From: Vermamoeba vermiformis
Lineage: Eukaryota
Assembly: GCA_045837725.1 (NCBI GenBank)
Contig: JBEWZL010000238.1
Coordinates: forward strand, 434,001 to 498,000
DNA length: 64,000 nucleotides
Direction: 5' to 3'
Positions within the stretch are counted from its first letter, which is position 1; every line of letters starts with the position of its first letter. The position numbers and the translations under genes were made by a program. The notes beneath the pieces are model-generated. The model saw only the letters and a program-made list of their open reading frames with translations. It did no database searches and was not told the origin of the DNA. Shown here in pieces: positions 1 through 11,811 of the stretch.

Positions 1-1229
1 ATATGCGAGCCATCATGAACTGAAAACACCTAATAAAGAAATAATTACTACAAAAAAATCGCGATCCGGGTGCGCTTGACATACTCGTGAGTGGCCACAC
101 TCGTTAGATATAAACAGAAAGTCTTTGGTAATTTTAATATGTGCACCCCTCATAGAATAATTGGCCAAATCTATTTGTACGGAACTCTTAAAAAATACCG
201 TGTCAGACTGTGTTACAAAAATTCGATTTCAAGTACGTACGATGAGCTCCCAATTATTATCAAACTTGTCTAAATAATATTTCTTATCAGGTTTTTTGTG
301 TAGAATAGCTTTTATCGATCCATTGACGGATCCGCCAAAGAGAATCCAGTCGCAGTCAACAATTTCATTTGTGCGCATGTTCTTTCTCTATTGAAATTCT
401 TAGAATAATTTCTTGTAATTAATTATCGATTATCTTACCTTCCATTTGTTATTATCATAACTACAGAATATAATCGTTTCCTCGCCGTCAAAATAGACGG
501 AATATGGGTTATTCAAGGCTTTTCCGAATACTTCGTCGACAATATTCCAAGAGCATATTGTGCCTCCTAAGTAAAACAAAACCAAATTGCCTCCCTGAAA
601 TAAACTTAGCACCAACAACTTTCATTACGGGATATCGGCCAGGATGTATTACCTTCCATAGTACTTGAGGCGAATGCGGAGTCCAGGTCTCGGTAGCGGC
701 TAATTTCTGCATGGTCTCTAGATCGTACATGCAGATCTGTAAACTACAAGTGTTTGCCGTTTTCGATAAAACAAGCAGTCTGGTTGAAAGTGGGATATAG
801 TAACAAATAGTGTAGTTTAATTATAACCCTACCTGTTCTTTTTGCATTTAATGGTGATTTCCGAATGGGTATCCTTTCCTAATTTAACCGGGAACCCAAA
901 TCCAACAGGAGCAGTGTCTATCGAATATAAAAAGGTATAAAATATATGATAAATATGATAGAAATATTTAATGACCTACTTAATTGCTGCCAGCGTAATT
1001 GATTAGAAAATTTTAGCTTAATCCGCTCCAAATTGTTTTCTACAGCACTGTTGACTCGCTTCATCATGCTCCATTTATTACATACTTGCTCTAATAATTT
1101 TTTAGGATAAACAGCATCAGAATCAACGACGGATCGAAGCTGCTTGCAAGATTCGCTCAAGCCCAAGGCGGAGCGCAAGGGCAAGTACGAGCAAATAAGA
1201 GAAATTATCTCTATAGGGAGTACTTCCAT
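1..1229 (-). CDS. F-box protein, multi-exon; 3' end probably runs off the window; paralog of the next gene
   Basis: N-terminal F-box MEVLPIEIISLICSYLPLRSALGLSESCKQL. Downstream exons (MYDLETMQKLA..., GGTICSWNIVDE...) resemble exons of 1289-3044. Confidence 0.75.
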
Positions 1230-1288
1230 ATTAATATTGTGTTCGTACTTTCAGATCGGCAGTAAAGAAAATGACAAGACCGGCACCT

Positions 1289-3044
1289 TTATTTTGAAAC
1301 GACGACAGAATTACAATAATCGAGCACTATAATCGTGTTCTGCTTAGTTTGTGATTGCATGTGCAAAATAATTTGCGTTTCAGACAGCATGGTCTCCATT
1401 ACTCGCCACGTCGCGTATTCATTAGTTACGAGCTTGTTGATCTGTGGCGTTAATTTGGCTCCGCTAACAATGTCGGTCTTTGTTGTGGGTGTTTTGAACG
1501 CAATTGCTTTGCCATACTTAATAAGCGCCTATTTAAAACCAGCATTAATTTCATCGTGGAGAGATCTGGTTCAAAAATATATTTTCTTCTCGTACCAATT
1601 CATTTGTAATCATTTTGAAAACGGTTTTTTTGCTGTAAGGCTGTGTGATCCATGTAATTTGCTCCAGTCTATTATTTTTCAGCGAATACACACCAAGCAC
1701 TTCATTGTTCGATTTCATCTCGTGGATCAGCATGCCGTCCTTCGAATATCTCAAGATATGGCGGTCGTCAATAGTTACAGGCATGCGTAAAATTAAAGCT
1801 CCCGTGTGCGAAGACAAGATCTAAATTAAGCAACAAAGTTAAAACACGCGTTAAAAAAACTCGTTGAATCATACTCGTGCGGGAATGGTCTCCGAAAAAT
1901 AGAAAAGGAAAGTGTACTTGGGAGTGATCTTAAACTCAACAGCGCCATAACAGTCCAACACTTCTAACGGCACAGAGCTCTAATAAGAGTTAATTTCGTT
2001 GACACGTGTCATCTAAAGTGTCAAACTAAAACCACTTACAACGCGTTTCCAATCGGTTGTGTATTTCTCCATATAATATTTGTTATCTTCTTTTTGATAA
2101 ATGATCGTTCTAGTGTCAAAATTGATCCAAAGATAAATAGATTGACACCGGATCCAGTCAATCACTCGTACTTCTTTTGTTCGTAAGTTCATTAAGATCT
2201 TAATAATAAGCGTTATTATTATACTTCAAAGTTTATAATATCATATTACTTACCCTTTTGTTACAGCTGTATAAAACTGTTTCATGGCCGTCGAAGTGAA
2301 TCGCGAAGAAATAATGCGTTCTCTCTTCAAATTTAACTTCTTCGAGGAAATTTTGAGATACATTCCACGCAAATAAATCGCATATCGGTCCGCCTGAAAA
2401 CACAACCCAGTCGTTACCCTACAAAAGCAATTAAGTAGGTGTCCAAATCATATGATTCGTACCTTCCACCTTATTTTAGCTTTGTTTCCACGAAACAACT
2501 GGGTTTCTATCGTGCCCAATAGTTTTAAGGTTTCCAGATCGTACATCGAAATTTTTGTTGCATTGCTTTCGGACACAGACAATACGAGCAGACTTGATTA
2601 TTGATAATTATTAATATTATTCTGCTTAAATGATAAATGCCCCTTGAGGCACGTTACATTACAAAAACGTTGCCGCCAAAATTAATCAAAAAATAAATTA
2701 AAATAATTTCTAGGGACGTACCGATTTTTCTTGCATTTAATTCTGGTAATATTACCGTCTACTATAGGTAATAAATAAGCAGACGGCTGCGATTGTGATT
2801 TCCAGTGATTTTGATAGTTAATCCGCAACTTGATCCGCTCGTAAATCGAAGCTGCGGGCTTAAAACTATCAATTTTGCGACTGAAATGCCATTTTTTGTA
2901 CAAGGCTTCTTTGTGGTACGCTAGAACGGTGTCTAATTTTACCAGTTGGTTAATCCGCTTGCAGCAACACGTCAAGATCCCAAGCACCGTAGGGTGTAGA
3001 TATGAACATATTAGTGCAAATATTTCACTTGGTATTGTATCCAT
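1289..3044 (-). CDS. F-box protein with probable beta-rich C-terminal domain, multi-exon
   Basis: F-box MDTIPSEIFALICSYLHPTVLGILTCCCKRI. Exons share motifs with the neighbour (ERIKL, MYDLETL). Last exon reads ...IIVLDYCNSVVVSK*. Confidence 0.75.
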
Positions 3045-3281
3045 TTTAAAGAAACAATGAGTAAGGCTGCCGGTTTAAGAGTTTGGTCCTGTTTCTAATT
3101 CGGTCCTGAGCCAGGTCTCGTATGAAATTTCCAGCTGTGAGAAAAAATAGCTATATTTGCTTGTGGTAATAGCTATTACAACGCAGGAGTTGGCAATGCT
3201 TTATTTATTCTTTGAATTTCGTAGAATTTCTTGTCATAATTATGGGCAACCTGCGGCTTGCAGTTGCGAAGTCAAACAATA

Positions 3282-4418
3282 ATGGAAAAAGCACGACCAC
3301 AAATTATAGGCGTTTATAACGTTGGTAACGGAGGTAAGATATATGCAACAGAGCGTTTACAAACTGACTCGCGGCAGATCTAGCCGTTCCTGAAAAGCCC
3401 GAGAATGCAATCCGCTTGGTGTGCATGTCCGATACTCACGGTCACCATAGAAAACATAAATTAGTGCCTGCGGATATTTTTATTCACGGTAAATTACTAA
3501 AAATTAATTTTCAATTTTGGATCAAATTTTAATTCGCTTTGAAGCCGGGGATTTTTGTAACGAAGGAACGGAAGAAGAAATTGACGAATTTATTGATTTT
3601 TTAAAATCATTACCGCACAAAAACAAGATCGTAATCGGAGGAAATCACGAAGTCAGTCTCGATACGAAGTGCGCCACATTTGAGCTGCGTCAAAGAACGG
3701 ATCCAAAACCAATTCCAACTGACGAAATAAAAAAACGGCTTAAAGAAGCCTGCACTTATTTAGAAGTAAGAATTTACGCTGAGATCGCAACCCTTGAAAA
3801 ATAGATCTCGTCAAAAATAATGTTTGCACTTAATTAACGGCTTTTATAGGACGAAGCAATGACTATACTAGGCTTATCGCTTTGGGCCTCGCCAACAAAT
3901 ATTAGCATGGGTGCATTTGGCTTGCCTAGGAGCAGCAAACGGTTGCAAGACAAGTGGCAGAATATTCCTGCGCACATTGACATTTTACTCACGCACGGGC
4001 CTCCTGCAGGTAAATTTTAAAGCCAGAATTGATTTTCGACCAATACTATACCAGTCCAGAGTCTCTTTCAATTCGATCAATCGTGGATCTTGTCTGCAGA
4101 TTGGAATTTCAATCGTGAGCTGCCGTTATAATATTTGAGTTTAGGTGACAGAAGTACGGATCGATTAGGCCGTGCTTGTGGCGACGAAGATTTGTTGATG
4201 GCTGTGAAGAAAATCAAACCAGTGCTGCACATCTGCGGGCACTTTCATGAAGGGTATGACTAAATATAGTAGCACTATCTACTATTGGAATTACCTAATA
4301 AGGTCTTTAACGTAGGTACGGCGTGAGTATTATCGGCGAAGAGCCCAACACGACGCACATAATCAACGCTGCTAATGTGCATAGAAACAATCCGATTGTC
4401 ATTGACATCAAGTTGTAA
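3282..4418 (+). CDS. Calcineurin-like metallophosphoesterase (MPPED-like)
   Basis: Spliced motifs RLVCMSDTHG, IHAGDF, IVIGGNHE, ILLTHGPP, LHICGHFHEG; ends ...NPIVIDIKL*. Confidence 0.9.
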
Positions 4419-4556
4419 TATAGTATTATTATTATTAGACTTTAAAGTTAAACGTTGTATTTGTTTACGAGACTTGCTGACGTATCTCAATAATTCGTGC
4501 ATATCTCGCGTCACGTGCTGCCCGCGGACGAGATTTACATGGCGCATTACATTCAC

Positions 4557-4570
4557 TTGACACGTGTCAA
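4557..4570. promoter_or_regulatory. Recurrent palindrome TTGACACGTGTCAA; core also at 2000, 20626, 38164, 49118
   Basis: Five exact copies of the 12-mer TGACACGTGTCA, all in introns or intergenic DNA. Confidence 0.5.
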
Positions 4571-4626
4571 ATGTCAAAGTGTCATTCAAACCTTCTCCCT
4601 AGTGCCAGAAAAAGTGCAATATTTAC

Positions 4627-6886
4627 TTACAACAATTGATTTTCTTTCAGTAACCTCGTAGTGACAGGTGTCGGAATATTGTGCTTTTGTCCAAATCGTT
4701 CAATGGCTTGATTTCTCGTCGCTAAGCCGTACGCAGGTCCCGATCGTTTCATCCACAACAAGTTCTTCGTCGTTGCGATAAATGTCTCGTACATTTCTGT
4801 CTCGTTTACCTTCGCTTTAAATTCTGCATTGCACGCGAGCACACATTCCTAATTAGGAAAAACTTTAAAAAACGCATCCAAAATTGTCTTATAAGATAGT
4901 GCAATATTGACAGTAATACTACGGCGATAAATTATATATATCACGTACGTGTATTAATTGCTTAAGTTCGTCATTTTGCTGTTCAATGTACTCGCCCAAA
5001 GTGATTTTATGTACGTGAAGTGGCAGCCCTACAATTCCGTTCCAAATCGCTTTGATAATCATATGTTCGATAAATCGATCTCCCTAAATAATAAAATTAA
5101 TAAGTAATAGTAATTCAAGAAAAAAAATTCGAAAAGAACAGATCAGATCTCATCTCGACCGAATAATCGTTATTAAAGCTATAATATCATAATGACAAAT
5201 ATATAACGTACGTTTTCGACGGCAGCAGCGTCAATACCACCCTTGACTAATCCCTCCGCGATTAATTGAGCGAATTGACCATGAAACAGCGAGGCGGTTA
5301 AAACGCTGTAAAATTCGCCTTTAGAAGTGAAGTATATAAGGCCTCGGGTCACTTTCGACAATATTTCTGCGGGTAATATTGTTTCTAAGAATCCCTAAAG
5401 AAAATAAATTTTGTTAGATCTCGATCAGTTCAACTTTGAAGGCACCGCAGAGTACTTACGTTTTGAATTAATACTAATAATTGTTTGTGAGGAAAATTAT
5501 CGAATTTTTTAATTGCAGGAGGCAAATCATCTTCGCGCATGGCTAATATTCGTAGCGAAACTTCATCAGCCGGATCTATCGCTGCTTTCCAGCCCTACAA
5601 AAATAATTCAGGCCATATATTAACATCTATTAACGTCAATGAATGGCTCCTAAAGCAATGGAATACTCTAAACGGTTCGATCTTAATAAGAAAAAAATTT
5701 GTAACGGATCGGACTCGAGCTGAAAAGACCTAAAAATGCTTCTTATAATATTTAAATACGTACCTCTTCATCATTGCGAGTGACCAATCGACATTTCCAA
5801 CCACTTTTCGTCAATGCACCGGCCATTCGTTTGCCTACTTCACCAGCTCCAATAATGAACGCTAACTTTTCAGATCTAAATCAGACTCGCATTAAAATCA
5901 GATCTATATAGCACTTGAAATATTAATAATACTAATATAATTAATTTTGGGAAATCAAAACGAAATAAGACAAAAAGATCCGATCGGACCAGAAAAATTC
6001 GAAAGTAAACCTTAATTATTAACTCAGTCCAATACTTACTGCGGCGTTTGTTTCTGCAATGTACCAACACTCCACAACAATCGATCGCCATGTTCAATCT
6101 TCGCTACGCTGTGTTCCGATTTGTTGGAATAGAACGTCATGCCATCGAGTAAGTTGAGCTTGATTACTTCGCCCTCAACGAGCAGCTATAACAATATTTA
6201 TTAGCAATAGAATATAATACTTTATACAGATCAATATTTTGACAAAGTTAAAAAGATTTTAGATTCGACGGATCGGATTTGTTTTGCTGGATTCGACTTA
6301 CACGAATCTTATAAAATCAATGAAGGTTATATTTATTTACTTACATCACCTCCTTGCTCGGCATGTTGTACAATAGCGTTAAGTCGTTGATGATTGAAAT
6401 TGTTTTTGACGGGATCGCGGTGCGGAGGAATATAAGAGCCTTCCGGGTAATAAATTAAATAAACGTCGTGTGTAAATGATGCATTAGCTTGCATATATGA
6501 TAATGATCGGTCAATAAGTTCCTAAATCGGATCAGTTAGATACTTTTCGGATAGAATTGGATTCGTACCTTGAATTGGTTGTAAAATTCAGTACCAGGTT
6601 TTAATTCATATTTTTTATATTCAGTCCCTTGTCGTCCAAGTACCCACTCGTTGTTGCCGGTTAATTTAGCAGAAAGCTAATTTTAAAATAAATTAATTAA
6701 AATTCATAACGTTAAAGATTGCTAGAACGACGTTAAATATTTCGTAAAATACGTCTATAATATCAGCAATAATATTTAAAAATATTGAATGCGCTCAAAT
6801 TCTTATTTTGCAAACACCGCCGATCTTACTTCTTTTAATTGTGCCTGCTCTTTCGGAGACAAAAATTTTGGAAATAGTGTTGCCAT
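4627..6886 (-). CDS. Fusion of a 2OG-Fe(II) dioxygenase domain and a ketopantoate reductase (ApbA/PanE)-like Rossmann oxidoreductase
   Basis: N-part: YYPEGSYIPPHRD...GGD...EHSVAKIEHGDRLLWSV (HxD...H...R). C-part: FIIGAGEVG, LIQNG, KAIWN, IPTPVT. Phase-2 intron (CA|gtaagt...ttag|A TCT) joins them in frame. Confidence 0.75.
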
Positions 6887-6981
6887 TATAATATTGCAAT
6901 GTGCTAGTTTGAGTCACGACAAAATTCTGCTCGTCTGTTCGTGGAGGAATAAAACAACCGGTGCAATAATCAATTTAAATT

Positions 6982-9558
6982 TTACTCTTGTTCACTTTCT
7001 TCCGTTGGGTTGCGAACCCAAAACTTTTCACGGAAAACATTAAGAAACCATTTGGATAACCAACCATCGCCATTTGAAACAACAAAGTGTCCAGTTGTCT
7101 CCCAAGTTTCAAAATCACGCTTTATGTCTTCTTCTTTTGCTCTCTCTGACATCTTCTGAGCTGGAATGTTGGGAGAGAGCAGAAGATAAATTGCATTTGG
7201 TATTGATTCCAAAATTGGCTTTGCCTGCTGATGCACAATGAGAGGCTGCATCTGAAACAAGTTAGACCTGTGCATCAAAAAAATTTAAATGTACTTTAGC
7301 ATGGCCTGGCTCAACATTTTGGCACTTAACACAAAGCATGTTCAACAGAGAACCATCTTGGTCGTAAATTGGCATTATCACATCTGCAAAGCAAGTCCCT
7401 GGTTTGTTGACAGCAATCAACTTGTTAGTCACCAAGAATGATTCTATCTCTTGGAACTTTTTCTGAGCACCTTCAGAAGTCAGATCAAGACCATTGTTGA
7501 GGGTGACAATGCCATTCCATTGAGCCTTGCAATGGTTAGATCAATATTTGACTTTGGGTAAGTAACTTACAAATCCATTGAGACCCAGAGAGACAAATAC
7601 GGATGATATTGGAACTTGTACTCCATGCTTGAGATCTGCAGCAGACAAGTAATGCAACCATGCACTGACAGCTGTTGCTTGTTCTAGGATGTTGTCAACA
7701 TGGACATCACTGTCAGAAACAGATGGACCAAGTGCTTGAAGAGCATCCTTGAGTGTAACTTTCACTGGAGCAAAACCGACGTTATGTGGATTGGAGAAGT
7801 TTGTCAGGTCACTTTGCAGCTCTGAATAAGGAGTAGCAACTTCTTTTGGAAAAAGAAAAAAAGGAATTGTGTATTCTCTTTCCATTTGTGTAGGTTGAGA
7901 AATGAAAGGAATAAGCAGTCCTATGCCTTCATAATATTCGTATGTTCTTCCACCCAGTGTTGCTTTTGGAGAAGTTTGCACCCCAAATACACAATCAATC
8001 ATGAGCTTGCAGAATGTGTGCACTGGAAAGTTTTTGCCTCTGTAAACTGGCTCAAGTTCAAACCAATAGTTTTGTGCAGTCTGCACACTGATCATCTCCT
8101 CCACTTCCAAGGGCAATTGGCACTCATTGTTTGTGTGAAAAACTTTCTGTAAATGTTTACGTGATTCAGCCAGATATCTTGCAAAAAACTCTATGCTCCT
8201 TGGAATTCCACATGCTTTCACCCACAGTCTGTGCAGTTGATGAGACAAAGTGACGGGCAAACTGTTTGGATCCTCTGGGTTGAACAAGGAGCGGCTGCAA
8301 ATTTCCTGGCACACTTGATTCAAGTATTTGCAGTTCAGCAAGGGATCTAAAGGAAGAGATGTGTGCAAAAAGAATGTAACAGTGCCTTCACTAACACACT
8401 CTGCAATAGGACCTCCATAAAGCCCAGCCTAGCAAAATTAGTTGGTAACTCATGGAACAAGAGTGCATACCATGTGAATAAAAATATCTTTTTCACTTCT
8501 TCCAAACAAGAACTCATATGCTATTTCATAGACCAAATTTTTCTTTGTGGGTTTTGATCTTTCACTGGCAAAGTTGACCAGTTCCTGTTGAATCAAATGA
8601 TTATTGAAAGGTTGCACAAAATGGCTCGTACTTGTACTTCATCAATGTTAATAAAAAGGAGTTTCTTTTTCAGTGCTTCACTTAAAATCTCTTCATTTGT
8701 TGTCAATGGATTGTTTTTGATGTAAGGAGGAGTAGTTTGTGCTACTGTAGCATAGTATTGATCAATTAGACTACGAAGATTCATTCTGGCAGACACAGAA
8801 GCTGTTGGATTGCGAGCAAGCAATGCCTTGTGGACAATACTTTTGCAAACTAACTGGATTAGAAGTGGCTGCAAACATGGACTCACTTACTTTTTGTAAC
8901 TTCAGTGCCTTGAACAATGAGATTCCGTTTTGAAGACTCAGACAGATGTGAAAGAATGTTTGCACTGTGCACAGTGATGACAGTTGATTCTTTAAGTGCA
9001 CAATGAAGTCGCACTAGCACGATGACCTTGCGTTTCTGAGTTGCATCTCCTGCCTTCCAAGCGCGTGTTATTTGCTCTTCAATGGCCTCATTGACTGACA
9101 AATCAACCTTGGTTTGATTCATCAGAAATGCTGACACTACACAAGGGTGCTGAAAGACTTGAATGCCCCATTCAACAAGCAGTCGTGTCTTTCCAAAGCC
9201 TGGGGCTGTTGTGCACATGGTTACTACTGGCTTTGGACCAGTGCAACCATCATGCAGATAGTTTAGCATTGCAAGTAAGGAATCTACTCGATCAAACCAA
9301 GGAGGAAATTGTTTGAGCCAAGTAAAGTTGTCATAGTTAAGATCTGATTCACCAATAGGGATTGGAAATGCAAATTTTGGATTGATAGCTTTGAACTGTT
9401 GCAACTTCTCCATGTATGATAGGAATTTTCGCTCTTGGATCATTTTGTATATGATTTGTCTTAAATCGAGAAGCTCCTCTGCAAAAATGGATGAGAAATG
9501 CAATATTTATTGTAAACTAAGGTAACATACCATCATTTAAGTCGTCTAAATTAAGCAT
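6982..9558 (-). CDS. Crinkler/RHS-type P-loop NTPase plus restriction-endonuclease-fold protein, multi-exon; start uncertain, possible frameshift near 8960-9020
   Basis: Walker A TAPGFGKT, Walker B LFINIDEVQ, CGIPRSIE motif, C-terminal NKPGTCFADVIM...LCVKCQ nuclease-like motif. Confidence 0.7.
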
Positions 9559-9955
9559 TTGTTTTGCTTTCTTTTTATTGGAATACTTTTGGGTTTCTCG
9601 ATTCAGAAGATTCGATCCGCTGTTTGAAGCCCCAAAAATTAGCACAAATAATGTGCATTAAAGACTAAATTACTTTTTAGCCACTAAAAAGGTAGTATTG
9701 CAGGCAAACCGAGCCCAAAAATTTCTAGCGCGAGCTGTATTTACAAAAATAAGTGCGTAGCCGTTAGATCGGAAATAAATTCGCTTACACAAAGAAAGCA
9801 TGTCTTAATTCGTAATCACCTAGTATTCGCTTAACTACTCCTATCTATAACGAGCGTTGGCACGTAGGACCTTCTGCTGCTTTCTTCTGAATCAAACAAA
9901 ATTAACGTAGGACCAAAATTTATATTTTTATTGGTGCCCGAGTGCGCAATCAACC

Positions 9956-11691
9956 ATGGCAAAGAGTCTATTTGTGACGTGCGCTCGTGGATTGGAGCCG
10001 ATTCTTGCTAGTGAACTCACGGCCAGTGGATTCAGAAAGCCAATACCAAAATTTCGAGGTGCATTGCTTAGTTTCTCCAATCCCGATGAAACCTTGCGTG
10101 CAGTATATAAGTATGTTATAATAATATGCATTACGAATTTATTTGAATTTTTTGTAATTAAAAATCGATTTATTAGGTTGAACTACACGTCACGGGTTGC
10201 CATGCGTGTGTTGTACCCGATCAGGAAGTTCAATGTCACAAATAAGGATGATCTATATTATCAAGTCAAAAAGATCAACTGGAGCGACTTTTTGAGGGTC
10301 GATCAGACTTTTGCCATCCGTAAGCTCACTTCATTTTTTGAATTAACGATAATTTCTAATATATTTAGTTATTAGAATCAAATGTCAGCGATAATAAGGC
10401 ATTTGATAACAGCTTATACGTCACACAATTAACAAAAGATGCGATCGCGGATTATTTTTACCGGACACACAAAAGGCGGCCTAATGTCGACAAAGAAAAC
10501 CCTGATATACAATTGAATTTATATATACATAGAGACGAAGCCATATTAAGCTTGGACACTTCAGGTAGAATTTTTTAAATTTGAGATCGCAATTTTGCTC
10601 GAGACAACGATCCGCACCTGCTTACACTTTCTTCACTTTAGGCATTCCTTTATATAAAAGAGGCTATAAAGAAGCAAATACAGAGGCGTCATTGGCTGAA
10701 ACTCTTGCGTCGGCCTTGTTGCAGTTGGCTGGGTGGACGAATGAACGATTTTCAACTGGAAACACCGTATTTTGCGATCCATTTGTAGGATCAGGGACTA
10801 TATTAACTGAAGTAAGTGTAGTAATAATCCATCTAATATATTGATCAAACCAAGTTGCATCTGCTCTCCGGATTTACATTTCGCGATCGAGGAATATTTT
10901 TCAAACTTCTTTCTAATTCGAACATATCGCTTTTTAATTAACTATATTAACTATATTAACTACCTAGGCGATGATGATAGCAAGCAATATGCCAGCAGGA
11001 TTTAAACGAGAAAAATTCGGGTTCTTTAGCATGCCACAGTTCAACGAGCAAACGTGGCGCGAAATCAAACAAAAAGAAGATGACAAAATTATTGATATTC
11101 CTCCCGTACATAATCAATGCAAATTTATGGCAGCTGATATCGATCAAGGTAAGCACATCTGATCCGGATCGGCGAAGTTTAAATCCGGTTTTGTTTCTAA
11201 TTTTAACATTTTAGACGCTATTAAAATGACCCGCAATAATCTTAAATCGCTTGGATTTGAAAATAGCGTCAAATTAACCTGCGCTTCAATTTCGGAGTAC
11301 GATCCACCAGTCGCGCCAAATTTTGTCGTTTGCAACCCTCCCTATGGCATCAGACTAAGTATGAATATTATAATAAGCATATTATTAGTATTAATGACTA
11401 ATAAGACAATATTTATTAGATTCAGCGGAAGATGAAGAATTAAAAGGAACGTACAAACAGATCGGAGACTTTTTGAAGAAAAAGACAGCGAAGCCAGCGC
11501 AAGGATTTATATTGACCACGAAGGAATTAGGCAAAACTATAGGCCTATCAACGAGCGCGAAGCATATTGTATATAACGGAGGACTTGAAACTCGATTTTT
11601 GGGATTTGATCTGTACGAAGGAACACGAAGGCCTCCAAAAGCAGAAAATACGCAAAATGAGGAAAACAACAACAAAATTGAAGATAAATAA
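9956..11691 (+). CDS. THUMP-domain SAM-dependent RNA m2G methyltransferase (RlmL-like)
   Basis: TCARGLE.IL..EL, SRVAMRVL, SLDTSGIPLYKRGY, ASLAETLA, DPFVGSGT and NPPYG motifs across exons. Confidence 0.9.
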
Positions 11692-11811
11692 ATCAATTTA
11701 CCAGAATTCAGAGAGATGGAGAGTAAATTTCTTGCAAGATCTCGAACAAAGGTCACCGTATAAAGGTATGAATTTACGCAATAATTTATTAACCATTTTG
11801 CTCCCGTAAAA

